From an uncultured Actinomycetes bacterium (lineage in GTDB: Bacteria; Actinomycetota; UBA4738; HRBIN12): 64,000 bases of DNA. The stretch lies in assembly GCA_963775735.1 (NCBI GenBank), contig CAVZKD010000007.1, positions 214,675 to 278,674 on the forward strand, read 5' to 3'. The notes below the pieces were generated by a model. It did no database searches and was not told where the DNA came from. It was given only the letters and a program-made list of their open reading frames with translations. The position numbers and the translations under genes are program-made. Positions 1 to 9,650 of this stretch are shown here, one piece after another (the stretch's first letter is position 1; each line of letters begins with the position of its first letter).

Positions 1-220
1 GTTCACCATCGTGTTCCAGGGCGTGGACGGCGAGCCGCTCGATCGGCCCGAGACGCTCGGGCTCGTTCGACCGGACGGGGCGGACGGGGTCCTGCTCCAT
101 CGCGTGCTCGATCAGGGCGACGAACCGCTCGAGGTCGGCGGGCGTGTCGAGGTCGTGCTCCGTCCGCACGCCGAACGCGTCGGCTCGATCCTCGACATCG
201 AGGGCTTCCGGGTCGTACAC
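1..220 (-). CDS. hypothetical protein, N-terminal part only (gene runs off the left edge)
   Basis: Own minus-strand translation from GTG at 220 gives VYDPEALDVEDRADAFGVRTEHDLDTPADLERFVALIEHAMEQDPVRP... It has strong G/C third-position bias and an acidic, non-shadow composition, unlike the listed + ORF 11..226. No family recognised. Confidence 0.35.
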   Translation of the reverse strand, partial: MYDPEALDVEDRADAFGVRTEHDLDTPADLERFVALIEHAMEQDPVRPVRSNEPERLGPIERLAVHALEHDGE

Positions 221-271
221 GACTGACGACCGGCTGCCCCGGAACTCGGTCGGCTCGCGTGGTTCGGGTCG

Positions 272-637
272 TCAGCCGTCGCTGCCCTTCGCGTAGTTGC
301 TCGCGCCGAACCAGTCGACGACGACGACGGGCTCGTCGCCGACCACCCAGGCGTCGTGGCCACTCGGGAGCGATGTGACGTCTCCGGGCCCGGCGACGAA
401 CTCGGTGCCGTCGTCCATCCGGATGGCCAGCTGCCCGCTGACGTGGTACTGGAAGTGCGGAGCCTCACAGCTGGCGGTGTTCGCGATCGGCCTGACGTCG
501 TTCGACCAGCGGAATCCGGGCTCGAAGACCAATCGTCCCACCTCGGCACCGCCCACCGTGACGATCTCGGCTCGGCCGTGCGGGAACGGCCGCGTCTCTT
601 CGGGTGCCTCGAACCTCTTGTGCGCGGTCTCCTGCAT
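272..637 (-). CDS. cupin domain protein
   Basis: ORF 272..766, trimmed to the internal ATG at 637, which has GGGAGGA 3 nt upstream. Protein starts MQETAHKRFE... and has a cupin-like beta-barrel core (HFQYHVSGQLAIRMDDG..., GHDAWVVGDEP). Divergent from the TetR gene. Confidence 0.7.
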   Translation of the reverse strand: MQETAHKRFEAPEETRPFPHGRAEIVTVGGAEVGRLVFEPGFRWSNDVRPIANTASCEAPHFQYHVSGQLAIRMDDGTEFVAGPGDVTSLPSGHDAWVVGDEPVVVVDWFGASNYAKGSDG

Positions 638-683
638 CGCTCCTCCCTTCCCGGGGCAGGTCACCCCTCGATCCGGGGTATCC

Positions 684-707
684 TGACCTACTAGTAGGTT
701 AAGGTCA
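684..707. promoter_or_regulatory. candidate TetR operator in the cupin/TetR divergent intergenic region
   Basis: Perfect 14-bp palindrome ACCTACTAGTAGGT (686-699), nested in TGACCT (684-689) / AGGTCA (702-707). It forms an AT-rich island in GC-rich DNA between divergent starts at 637 and 736. Confidence 0.45.
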
Positions 708-735
708 AGTCCTGGGCTGCCGGGACCCGGCCGAG

Positions 736-1362
736 ATGAGGGAGGATGCCCACGTGGTGGAGACACGACGACGAGGCGCCAACGACACCCGGACGAGGAT
801 CCTCGACGTCGCCGAGCGGCTCGTGCAGGTCCGCGGGTTCAACGGGTTCAGTTACGCGGACGTCGCCGCGGAGCTCAAGATCACCAAGGCGAGCTTGCAC
901 TATCACTTCCCCGGCAAGGCGGAACTCGGCGAGGCGCTCATCGCTCGCTACGCGGCCCGGTTCGCCGAGGCGCTCGTCGAGATCGAGGCGCGCCCGGCAG
1001 AAGCGCGAGCGAAGCTCGAGGCGTACGCGGGCCTCTACGCCGACGTGCTCCGAGGGAAGCGGATGTGCCTGTGCGGGATGCTGGCCGCCGAGTACCAGAC
1101 GCTCCCCAAGCCGATGCGGCAGAAGGTGATCCGGTTCTTCGACGAGAACGAGGCGTGGTTGACTCACGTCCTGGAGCAGGGCCGGAGGGACGGAACACTC
1201 GTGTTCGCGGGGTCGGCGAGCGAGGTGGCTCGGATGATCGTCGTCGGGCTGGAAGGGGCGATGCTCGTCACCCGACCCTACGGCGACGTGGCTCGCTTCG
1301 AAGCCGCCGCGAGCCACCTGTTGACGAGCCTCGCGAGCGGAGCTCCGGCACCGGTCCGATAG
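736..1362 (+). CDS. TetR/AcrR family transcriptional regulator
   Basis: N-terminal HTH RTRILDVAERLVQVRGFNGFSYADVAAELKITKASLHYHFPGK is the classic TetR_N signature. 208 aa. Confidence 0.9.
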   Translation: MREDAHVVETRRRGANDTRTRILDVAERLVQVRGFNGFSYADVAAELKITKASLHYHFPGKAELGEALIARYAARFAEALVEIEARPAEARAKLEAYAGLYADVLRGKRMCLCGMLAAEYQTLPKPMRQKVIRFFDENEAWLTHVLEQGRRDGTLVFAGSASEVARMIVVGLEGAMLVTRPYGDVARFEAAASHLLTSLASGAPAPVR

Positions 1363-1391
1363 CCCCGAGCCCTGGCTCCGCGGACGGGTGA

Positions 1392-4300
1392 GTGGATGTC
1401 GCGAGCCGCCCGTATCCTTCGGACGTGGCCACCCTTTCCTGTGAACGATGCGGTCTCCCGCTGCCCGACGAGGCGCGTTTCTGCCCGAACTGTGGGTACC
1501 CGATCGGCGCGCCGCTCGCGGAGGAGCGCAAGGTCGTCACGGTCATCTTCGTCGACCTCGTCGGGTCGACGAAGCTGTCCGCGCAGGTCGATCCGGAGCG
1601 CTATCGCGAGGTCCTCACGCGGTACTACCGGATGGTCTCCGACGAGCTCGAGTCGCTCCGAGGCCGCGCGTACAACTTCGCCGGCGACGCCGTGGTCGGG
1701 GTCTTCGGCCTGCAGCACACGCACGACGACGACGCGCTCCGCGCCGTCCGAGCGGGCCTCGCGCTGGTCGAGCGGATCGGCCGCCTCGGCCAGGAGATCG
1801 GGCTGCCGGTCCCGCTCCAGGTTCGGGTCGGGATCCACACCGGACCGGTCGCCATCGGCTCGGAGGCGTCCGACCAGGGCCTGATCTTCGGCGCGACGGT
1901 GAACCTGGCGGCGCGGCTGCAACAGGCGGCCGATCCCGGGGCCGTACTCGTGTCCGACACGAGTTACCTCCTGTCGCAGTCGGAGGTCGAGTACGGGCCG
2001 ATGCGGGAGGTCGAGGCGAAGGGGTTCGAGGAGGAGGCGGCGGCGTGGCCGGTCGTGGCCCTTCAACCCGGCACGAGCCGCCGGACGATCCCGTTCGTCG
2101 ACCGCAAGCACGAGCTCCGGTTGCTCCAGGACGCGTTCGAGGGCGCCCGCGAGAACCGGCACGGCCATCTCGTCACGCTCTTCGGGGAGATCGGCATCGG
2201 CAAGAGCCGGCTCGCGGAGGAGTTCATGTCGGGCCTGTCCGAAGACGCGAAGGTGCTCTTCGGCCGCGCGAGCCCGTTCGAGGAGGACTCGACGTTCGCG
2301 CCGCTCGCGCAGATCCTCCTGCACGAGATCGGGGAGCGAGCCGATGCGGAGCCGGAGCGGATCCAGGCTCGCCTCGAGGAGCTCGTCTCCGACTGCTGCC
2401 CGGCGGACGAGACGCCGCAGGTGGCGGCGCGCCTCGGCCTCGCCCTCGGGCTCGGGGGCGGAGATGAGCCCCACGACGAGACGCGGCGGTTCCAGGTCGC
2501 CGACATCCGGTCCGGCCTGCTCGCCCTGCTCGAAGGGCTGGGGCATCAGGGCCCAGTCGTCCTCGTGCTCGAGGACCTGCACGCCGCCCAGCCGGCGATG
2601 CTCGACCTCGTCGAGCACGTGGTGCCCGAGGCCAAGGACATCCCGCTCCTCGTCCTGTGCGTCGCTCGCTACGACCTGCTCGACGATCGCCCGGGCTGGG
2701 GGAGCGGCAGGGGCAACACGCTGAACCTGTACCTGGATCCGATGTCCATCGAGGACGCGACCCAGCTCGCGCGGGAGGCGGGTGAGGGGCTGGACGAGGC
2801 GACCGCCGAGCGGATCGCTCGCCACGCGGGTGGCAACCCCTTCTTCATCGTCGAGACCACCGGGATGCTGCTGCACACCGGCGAGGGGATCTCCGCCGAC
2901 ACGGGCCCGCTGCCCGAGGGTCTGCTCCCGCCGACGGTTCAGGCCGTCATCGCCGCCCGCATCGACCATCTCGCTCCCGATGCCCGCGACCTCGTCCGCA
3001 GGGCGTCGGTCTTCGCGCGATCGAGCTTCAGCCTGGACGAGCTCCGGCTGATCGCCGGCCCGAACGACGAGCTGCTCGAGGAGCTCGAGGACGAGGAGGT
3101 CCTGGAGCGCGACCTGGACCGGCCCGACGTGTGGCGCTTCCAACACCGCCTCGTCCGCGACGTCGCCTACGAGAGCCTGCCCAAGCGGGAGCGCCGGCGC
3201 CTGCACCTCACGGTCGCCGAGGGGCTCTCGAGCGATCCGAAGCGTGCGGCACGGTATCCGCGCCGCATCGCGTCGCACCTCGAGCGGGCGGCGCGCGCCG
3301 CGCTCGACCTGAACCCGGGCGACCGCGAACTGGCGGAGCGCGCGGTGGAGGCGCTGGCCCATGCGGGGAACGTGGCGCTCGAGGGTCCCGACATCCGTGC
3401 GGCCGAGGACACGTATCACCGGGCCCTGGACCTCGCCGGGTCCGAACGCGGGTGGGGGCTCCGAGAGGCCCGGATCATGGCCGGCCTCGGCGAGGCGCGG
3501 TACTGGCTCGGTGAGTTCGAGCGCGCGATCCCGGTCCTGGAGCACGCCCTCACGCTCGGCGACGGCGACGCGGCGATCAGGGCACAGGCCGCCCGGTTCC
3601 TCGGCGACATCGAGCTCTCCGTCCGGGGCGACGCCGAGCGAGCCGGCGCGCTGCTCGAGGACGCGCTGGAAGCGGCCCGAGCGCTGGGCGATCCGTGGAC
3701 GCTCGCACGGACGTTGCTGGTTGCCGGCTGGGGCCCGTACTGGCGCGGCGACCAGGAGCGCGCCCGCTCGATGTTCGCGGAGGCCCTCGACATCGCTCGC
3801 GCGAACCCGACGCGCGATCCCTGGGCCGAGTCCCGGGCGCTCGTCGCGCTCGCGATGCTCGAGAGCGAGACCGGCGACGAGGAGGTCGCGTTCGGCATCG
3901 CCTCGGAGGCGCTCGCGATCGCGGAGGCGGCGAGGGATCGCTTCTCGATCGCCGTCGCGCGTGAGTCCGTCGGCGGAACGCTCCGCCGGATGATGCGCGT
4001 GGAGGGGGCCGAGGTGCATCTCACCGCGGCGATCGACGGGTTCCGGGAGCTCGGTGCCCGATGGGAGCTCGCGAGCGCGCTCACCTCCCGCGGGATCGTC
4101 CGGCGGCTGGGAGGCCGGGCCGAGGAGGCCGCGCTCGATCTCAAGGAGGCCCACCGGATCTGCATCGAGCTCAAGGAGCGCAGCATCGTCACGTGGACGG
4201 CGAGCATGCTCGCACGGGCGTTCCTGGACCTTGGCGATCCGAGCGCTGCCCGGCGCATCGTCGCGGACACGCTGCATCTCGCCAACACCGAGGCGGCCGA

Positions 4301-4586
4301 CTGGTTGGAGGAGATCGAAGCGGAGGTCCTGCTCGCCGAGGGCGAGCGGGACGCCGCGCTCGAGAAGTCGCTCGAGCTGCTGCGTCGTGACCGAGGGCAG
4401 GCGTCCGAGAAGGACGTCGCCGCGCGGGTGTGGTGGATCTCGGAGGTGTTCGGGGTCGAGGCCGCCGGTGGGACCCTGGAGGTCGAGCGGGCCCGCGAGC
4501 TGCTCGAACGCCTGCACGCATCCCAATCCCTTCGGGCACCGGAGCTCGCGCTCCGGAGCGGTGTGTCGGTCGAGACCGCCGGCTAG
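1392..4586 (+). CDS. zinc-ribbon / class III adenylate-guanylate cyclase / AAA(STAND-like) ATPase / TPR multidomain regulator
   Basis: CERCGLPLPDEARFCPNCG zinc ribbon. Cyclase homology domain (VTVIFVDLVGSTKL ... FAGDAVVGVFG ... VRVGIHTGPV). P-loop GEIGIGKSRL. Long alpha-helical TPR-like C-terminal half. No LuxR HTH at the end. Confidence 0.85.
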   Translation: MDVASRPYPSDVATLSCERCGLPLPDEARFCPNCGYPIGAPLAEERKVVTVIFVDLVGSTKLSAQVDPERYREVLTRYYRMVSDELESLRGRAYNFAGDAVVGVFGLQHTHDDDALRAVRAGLALVERIGRLGQEIGLPVPLQVRVGIHTGPVAIGSEASDQGLIFGATVNLAARLQQAADPGAVLVSDTSYLLSQSEVEYGPMREVEAKGFEEEAAAWPVVALQPGTSRRTIPFVDRKHELRLLQDAFEGARENRHGHLVTLFGEIGIGKSRLAEEFMSGLSEDAKVLFGRASPFEEDSTFAPLAQILLHEIGERADAEPERIQARLEELVSDCCPADETPQVAARLGLALGLGGGDEPHDETRRFQVADIRSGLLALLEGLGHQGPVVLVLEDLHAAQPAMLDLVEHVVPEAKDIPLLVLCVARYDLLDDRPGWGSGRGNTLNLYLDPMSIEDATQLAREAGEGLDEATAERIARHAGGNPFFIVETTGMLLHTGEGISADTGPLPEGLLPPTVQAVIAARIDHLAPDARDLVRRASVFARSSFSLDELRLIAGPNDELLEELEDEEVLERDLDRPDVWRFQHRLVRDVAYESLPKRERRRLHLTVAEGLSSDPKRAARYPRRIASHLERAARAALDLNPGDRELAERAVEALAHAGNVALEGPDIRAAEDTYHRALDLAGSERGWGLREARIMAGLGEARYWLGEFERAIPVLEHALTLGDGDAAIRAQAARFLGDIELSVRGDAERAGALLEDALEAARALGDPWTLARTLLVAGWGPYWRGDQERARSMFAEALDIARANPTRDPWAESRALVALAMLESETGDEEVAFGIASEALAIAEAARDRFSIAVARESVGGTLRRMMRVEGAEVHLTAAIDGFRELGARWELASALTSRGIVRRLGGRAEEAALDLKEAHRICIELKERSIVTWTASMLARAFLDLGDPSAARRIVADTLHLANTEAADWLEEIEAEVLLAEGERDAALEKSLELLRRDRGQASEKDVAARVWWISEVFGVEAAGGTLEVERARELLERLHASQSLRAPELALRSGVSVETAG

Positions 4587-4638
4587 GCCCAGCGACCGAG
4601 GCTCGATCCGCTCACCGTGGCGGCTAGTCTGAGCGGCG

Positions 4639-5796
4639 ATGGACTTCGACCTGACGCAGGAGCAGGAGGATCTCCGGGCGGCGGTGCGGGCGTTCGCAGA
4701 GGACGTCGTCGCCCCGGCGGCGGCCGAAGCGGACGAGCGCGAGGAGTTCCCGCTCGAGACCGTGAAGCGGATGGCCGAGATCGGGTTGTTCGGCATCCCG
4801 TTCCCGGAGGAGGTCGGCGGGCAGGGGGGCGACCTGCTGTCCTTCTGTCTCTGCCTCGAGGAGATCGCGCGGTACGACTCGTCCGTCGCGATCACGCTCG
4901 AGGCGGCGGTCGGCCTGGCCGCCAACCCCATCTTCCGGTTCGGAACGAAGGAGCAGCAGGAACGCTGGCTCGTTCCGATGGCGCACGGCGAGGCGGTCGG
5001 CGCGTTCGCGCTCACGGAGCCGGGAGGTGGCTCCGACGCGAGGGCGATCCGCACGACGGCGCGGCTCGAGAAGGACGGGTGGGTGCTCGACGGCTCGAAG
5101 GCGTTCATCACGAACTCGGGCACACCGATCACCTCGGTGATCCTGGTCGCCGCTCGCGACGAAGCGGCCGGCGACGGCGCGATCTCGACGATCGTCGTTC
5201 CGGCGGGAACGCCCGGGCTCACCGTCGGGCCGGGGTACCGCAAGGTCGGGTGGCGCGCGAGCGATACGCACGAGGTCGTGTTCGAGGGATGCCGGGTCCC
5301 CGCCGAGCATCTCCTCGGCGCGCGCGGTCGCGGGTACGCGGAGTTCCTCGAGACGCTCGCCGACGGCCGGATCGCGATCGCGGCGCTCTCGGTCGGCCTC
5401 GCGCGCGGGTGCATGGAGGAGAGCGTGCGGTATATGGGCGAGCGCGAGGCGTTCGGACGGCCGATCGGCGCGTTCGAGGCCCTCCAGTTCAAGGCGGCCG
5501 ACATGCGCATGGGGGTCGAGACCGCGAGGCTCGCGTACCAGCGAGCGGCCTGGCTCCGCGATCGCGGACGGCCGTTCGCGACCGAGGCGTCGATCGCCAA
5601 GCTCCATGCCAGCGAAGTGGCCGTCTCGGCGGCGCTGGATGCGGTCCAGATCCACGGTGGGTACGGCTTCGTGGAGGAGTCGGCGGTCGCGCGCTTCTAC
5701 CGCGACGCGAAGGTGCTCGAGATCGGCGAGGGCACGAGCGAGATCCAGCGGGTGCTGATCGCCCGCTCGCTCGGCCTGCCGGGCACGGAGTTGTAG
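4639..5796 (+). CDS. acyl-CoA dehydrogenase
   Basis: 385 aa. Typical ACAD motifs (GAFALTEPGGGSDA, ITNSG, IHGGYGF, EIGEGTSEIQR). Confidence 0.9.
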   Translation: MDFDLTQEQEDLRAAVRAFAEDVVAPAAAEADEREEFPLETVKRMAEIGLFGIPFPEEVGGQGGDLLSFCLCLEEIARYDSSVAITLEAAVGLAANPIFRFGTKEQQERWLVPMAHGEAVGAFALTEPGGGSDARAIRTTARLEKDGWVLDGSKAFITNSGTPITSVILVAARDEAAGDGAISTIVVPAGTPGLTVGPGYRKVGWRASDTHEVVFEGCRVPAEHLLGARGRGYAEFLETLADGRIAIAALSVGLARGCMEESVRYMGEREAFGRPIGAFEALQFKAADMRMGVETARLAYQRAAWLRDRGRPFATEASIAKLHASEVAVSAALDAVQIHGGYGFVEESAVARFYRDAKVLEIGEGTSEIQRVLIARSLGLPGTEL

Positions 5797-5906
5797 ACCG
5801 CTCGCTCAAGGCTGGTCCGTGCGTGGCCGAGGGTGATTGCAACGGGCTTCACGAGCGGGCACGGTTGACATCCGATCAGGGCGTTCGGTAGGAAAGGCCC
5901 TTCCCC

Positions 5907-7064
5907 ATGGCCCATACGCTCCTCGGCTCCCGCCGCGTGCTTCGCCGCGCCCTCGGCGCGGTGACCGCACTCCTGCTCGCGACCTCCTTCGTGCAGGTCG
6001 CGCGGGCCGAGCCCAGCACGAAGGAGAAGCTCCAGGCCGCCAAGGCCGAGTTCGAGCAGCTGAAGGGCCAGATCGCGGCCCAGCAGCGCGTCCTCAGCGG
6101 TCTCCTGCTCGAGGCCGCCGTGATCGCCGAACGACGAGAGGTCGCCTACGGGCGCTGGCAGCAGATCACCGTCGAGCTCCGCGAGACCCGGGCGCAGCTC
6201 GGCGACGCCCAGGACGAGTACCAGCGGCTCCAGGACGTGCTCGAGGCTCGCGCGCGCGAGGCGTACATCGTCGGCCCCGGGAGCGGTCTCGAGTTCCTGC
6301 TGGGTGCGACGTCGATCGCCGACCTGTCGGCGCGCGTCGAGTACATGAACGCGCTGAGCGAGGAGGACGTGGATCTCGCCTCGGAGGTGCAGAACCTGCG
6401 GAACACCCTTGCGGCCGAGAAGCAGGACCAGGAGCGGCTCCAGTCCAGGGCCGCGAGGGCCCTGCGGGCGGTCGAGACCGAGGAGGCGGCGCTGAAGGCC
6501 AAGCTCGACGAGGCCGAGGGCGTCCTCGCCGACCTGAACACGAAGAAGGCTCGTGCGGAGGAGCTCGTGGAGCAGCTCGAGAAGCGGTACCAACGCGAGC
6601 TCGCCGCGCTGTACGGGATCCAGGCGCACGACGGCGTGTTCAAGTACTGCCCGGTCGACCAACCCCGGGCCGTCTATGACGGGTTCGGCGCACCGCGCTA
6701 CGGCGGCGGCTACCACCCCCACGCCGGCAACGACATCATCGCGCCGCACGGCACGCCGATCCGCGCGACGTTCGACGGCGTGGCGCAGACGTCGATCAAC
6801 TCCCTGGGGGGCTACGCGGTCTACGTGTACGGGGAGCTCGGGTACACGTACAACGCCCACCTCATGCAGCCGGGCGTGACCGGGTCCGTGACCGCCGGGG
6901 AGATCATCGGCTACGTGGGGACCACGGGGAACGCGAGCACGCCGCACAACCACTTCGAGTGGCACCCGAAGGGGATCCCGACCGACTGGCCGGCGAGCCC
7001 GTACGGCTATTCGGTGATCGGGACCGCCGTGAACCCCTTCCCGCTGCTCGCCCAGGTCTGCTAG
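5907..7064 (+). CDS. secreted M23 (LytM-type) metallopeptidase with N-terminal coiled coil
   Basis: Signal-like N-terminus and a coiled-coil half. M23 metal ligands HAGNDIIAPHGTPI ... TPHNHFEWHP. RBS GGAAAGG upstream. Confidence 0.85.
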   Translation: MAHTLLGSRRVLRRALGAVTALLLATSFVQVARAEPSTKEKLQAAKAEFEQLKGQIAAQQRVLSGLLLEAAVIAERREVAYGRWQQITVELRETRAQLGDAQDEYQRLQDVLEARAREAYIVGPGSGLEFLLGATSIADLSARVEYMNALSEEDVDLASEVQNLRNTLAAEKQDQERLQSRAARALRAVETEEAALKAKLDEAEGVLADLNTKKARAEELVEQLEKRYQRELAALYGIQAHDGVFKYCPVDQPRAVYDGFGAPRYGGGYHPHAGNDIIAPHGTPIRATFDGVAQTSINSLGGYAVYVYGELGYTYNAHLMQPGVTGSVTAGEIIGYVGTTGNASTPHNHFEWHPKGIPTDWPASPYGYSVIGTAVNPFPLLAQVC

Positions 7065-7837
7065 GCGCGACGCCCGGGCCGTTTCGACGGTCGCCTCGCC
7101 CCGAAGATCAGGTACACCGCGACGAACGTGAGCACGGCGATCGCCGACGACACGAGGATCGTCCCGACCGAGGTTCCGCCGCCGCTCGCGGGCGGTGACG
7201 GGCTCGGCGACCCCGTCCGCGCGACGGCGACGTAGCCCACGATGTCGAGCTCCGCGTCTGCCTGCTGGATGCTCGGCAGGTCGCTCGTCTGCAGCGCCGT
7301 CCACTCGGCCCCGGTCCCCGAGGCGAGGACGGTGTGGCCGCCGTGGTCGTTCGACAGCAGCGGATACACGAGGACGATCGTCGAGTCCATGGTGAGCGGC
7401 GCGGGATCGCCCGAGGGCCGGTAGGCGGCCTCGAGCAGGTACACGTTCCCCGCGATCTCGAGCGGCGGTTCGGGCTCCGCAACCGCGGAAGGCGCGAGCG
7501 GCTCGATCGTGATCTCGACCGCGCGCTGCCCTTCGGCGAAGCCGAACGATCCCTTCGGCGCGATCCACGTCACCTGCGCGTCGTCGGTGGTCATGACCGA
7601 GGTGCGGCTCCCCTCCGGTCCGAGGCGGATCTTGAACCTCCCGGAGGAAGGCGGCTCGTTGCTCGTGACGAGCTCGACCGGCGGCTCGACCCATCGGTAC
7701 GGGGTCGGGGGCGCGAGGCCGTCGAGGAGGGGCCGCCGGGCGAGCGGGCTCAGATGACCGGAGAGCGCCGCCCCGGACGCGTACAGCGCGAGCGCGACCA
7801 TCCCGGCGGCCAGCGCTCGTCGGCGAGCGACGCTCAC
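7061..7837 (-). CDS. hypothetical membrane-anchored exported protein
   Basis: ORF 7061..8101, trimmed to the GTG at 7837, which overlaps the upstream stop (GTGA). N-terminal hydrophobic segment, SPSPSPP linker, C-terminal TM helix plus basic tail. No family recognised. Confidence 0.55.
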   Translation of the reverse strand: MSVARRRALAAGMVALALYASGAALSGHLSPLARRPLLDGLAPPTPYRWVEPPVELVTSNEPPSSGRFKIRLGPEGSRTSVMTTDDAQVTWIAPKGSFGFAEGQRAVEITIEPLAPSAVAEPEPPLEIAGNVYLLEAAYRPSGDPAPLTMDSTIVLVYPLLSNDHGGHTVLASGTGAEWTALQTSDLPSIQQADAELDIVGYVAVARTGSPSPSPPASGGGTSVGTILVSSAIAVLTFVAVYLIFGARRPSKRPGRRA

Positions 7838-9084
7838 GGGAGGGGATCGAGCAGCAGGGTCTCGCTCGTCGCGTATCGGTCGGGGGAGACGACCGCGTAC
7901 GAGCCGGGCGCCTGCCACTGCCAGATCACGCTCGACGCGAGCAGGTTGGCGCCGGCGGTGACCGTTCCCGGCTGTCCGAAGCGCAGCCCGCTGCCGTTCG
8001 GGAGGGACCCGGAGGCCAGCCTCGTGTCGTTCGCGGCCGCTGCGACCTCGATCGGTGCGAAGCCCGAGGCCTCCGGCAGCACCTCGTGCAGCAGCGCCCA
8101 CGCTCCCGAGAAGCCGGCGAGCGCGGCGGCGCTCATCGGCTCGCCGAACCGGTCCCGGAACGCCGTGTCCGCGCGTTCGAGCAGGAGGCGTCCCGAGGGC
8201 ATGAGGCCCTGCACGTTCAGCGCGTTCGAGTCCGGCTTGTCCGAGGCGAACAGTCCGACCGCCTCGTCGCCGAGCTCGGCGCCGAACGCCGGCATGCAGT
8301 AGCTCGACGAGGTCCCGATGCCGACCAGGATGTCCAGACCCTGCCGCACCATCTCGCGACGCATGTCGATCGCGTCCTGCAGGTACGCGGACACGAACAC
8401 GACGTCCGGCCGGCTGGACGCGAGGTCCCGCACGAACGCCTCCATGTCCACGGTCCGCGGGTCGTACGCGAAGGTGCCCGCGAGCGTGAATCCCCGAGCT
8501 CGGATCTCGTCGATGCCTCCCTGGGCGACCGCGCGTCCGTAGGCGTCGTCGACGAGGGTGACCGCGTACCGCAACGTCGAGGGATCGGTGCCGAGCACCG
8601 GGGCGTACTCGTCCGCCACGAACCTGATCGCGTTGCGACCAAGGACCGCGCCCGACGGCGCGACGCGGAACACGAGCTCGCCCGCGCCGTCACCGCTCAT
8701 CTCGCCGACCGCGCCGGTCTCCCAGAACAGCAGACCACGCCTCGCGGCGGCCTCGGCCGCGGGAGCCGAGATCGTGCTCCCGTAGCTCCCGAGGAGCAGC
8801 CGCACGCCGAGGTCCTCGAGCTGCTCGATCGCCCCGGGCGCGGCATCGGCGGCCGGGACGTCGACCGGGACGAGCTCGATCTGCCGCCCGCGCACGCCGC
8901 CGTCCGCGTTCGCGAGCTGGACCGCGACCTCGACGCCGTGGAACTCGTCGACCCCACCCGGTCCCTGGGTGCCGGAGAGCGGATAGACGGCGCCGATCCG
9001 GATCGGATCCTCCTGCGGGGCCCCGGTGCAGGCGTTCAGGACCAGGAGCCCGCCGACGAGCGCGGCGGAGAGCGGGCGCCTCAT
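7834..9084 (-). CDS. ABC transporter substrate-binding lipoprotein (LivJ/type-1 PBP-like)
   Basis: Start at ATG 9084 (ATGA overlap with the upstream stop). Lipobox LLVLNAC. IRIGAVYPLSGTQGPGG is typical of branched-chain amino acid/amide binding proteins. No permease or ATPase genes nearby. Confidence 0.85.
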   Translation of the reverse strand: MRRPLSAALVGGLLVLNACTGAPQEDPIRIGAVYPLSGTQGPGGVDEFHGVEVAVQLANADGGVRGRQIELVPVDVPAADAAPGAIEQLEDLGVRLLLGSYGSTISAPAAEAAARRGLLFWETGAVGEMSGDGAGELVFRVAPSGAVLGRNAIRFVADEYAPVLGTDPSTLRYAVTLVDDAYGRAVAQGGIDEIRARGFTLAGTFAYDPRTVDMEAFVRDLASSRPDVVFVSAYLQDAIDMRREMVRQGLDILVGIGTSSSYCMPAFGAELGDEAVGLFASDKPDSNALNVQGLMPSGRLLLERADTAFRDRFGEPMSAAALAGFSGAWALLHEVLPEASGFAPIEVAAAANDTRLASGSLPNGSGLRFGQPGTVTAGANLLASSVIWQWQAPGSYAVVSPDRYATSETLLLDPLP

Positions 9085-9650
9085 CCGAGCACCACCCACA
9101 CGTTCGCCGCCGCGTGGGTCGCGGCGGGAGCGATCCAGGTCCCGCTCGCCCAGCGCTGCCATCCGAAGAGCAGGCCCGCGCCGAGGTCCACGGGCAGCGC
9201 GGCGGGGCCGTACGCGGGCACGTGGACGAGCGCGAACAGGCAGGCGGTGACGACGATCGCCGGCGCGGGCCCGAACCGCTCGAACCGCGCGTAGGCGACG
9301 CGCCGGAACAGAGCCTCTTCGGCGACGGCCGCGAGCACCGAGAGTGGCAGTGCCGCCGAGCCCCACGGGACCGGGACGGCCGGGCCGGCGACGATCCCGG
9401 CCGCCGCCACGGCGCCGAGCCCGATCAGCGCCACGACGGAGAAGGGGATCCGGGCTCGACCCCGCTCGACCGGGACGGCGATGCAGGCGAGCGCGATCGC
9501 GACGTAGGCGGCGGCGAGCAGGCCGATGCGTGCGTTCGGGCCGGCGACCACGAACGGCCTCGCGAGCAGCGCGACGGTGCCGGCCACCACGACGACGATC
9601 GCCGGGAGCGTCGGGTCCGATCGGCCGGCGCGGGGATCGAGCGCGCTCAC
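9081..9650 (-). CDS. CPBP (CAAX-type) intramembrane metalloprotease
   Basis: Multi-TM protein with EEALFRR (EExxxR) and FALVH (FxxxH) motifs. GTG start overlaps the upstream stop (GTGA). Confidence 0.75.
   Translation of the reverse strand: MSALDPRAGRSDPTLPAIVVVVAGTVALLARPFVVAGPNARIGLLAAAYVAIALACIAVPVERGRARIPFSVVALIGLGAVAAAGIVAGPAVPVPWGSAALPLSVLAAVAEEALFRRVAYARFERFGPAPAIVVTACLFALVHVPAYGPAALPVDLGAGLLFGWQRWASGTWIAPAATHAAANVWVVLG

Noticed and set aside
11-226. 71-aa plus-strand ORF at the left edge
   Set aside because: It has shadow-like composition. The opposite strand gives a better-looking N-terminus with strong GC3 bias, reported as the partial CDS 1..220.
1278-5600. 1440-aa minus-strand ORF, the longest in the track
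   Set aside because: It lies antisense to two well-supported genes (the cyclase-AAA-TPR gene and an ACAD). Its composition is R/A/P/G/S-rich and low-complexity with no recognisable motif. This is a typical shadow ORF of high-GC DNA.
5865-5894. TTGACA hexamer upstream of the M23 peptidase as a sigma-70 -35 box
   Set aside because: The best -10 candidate at appropriate spacing (TAGGAA) lacks the invariant final T and overlaps the RBS, leaving about 13 nt to the ATG. A single hexamer match is expected by chance.
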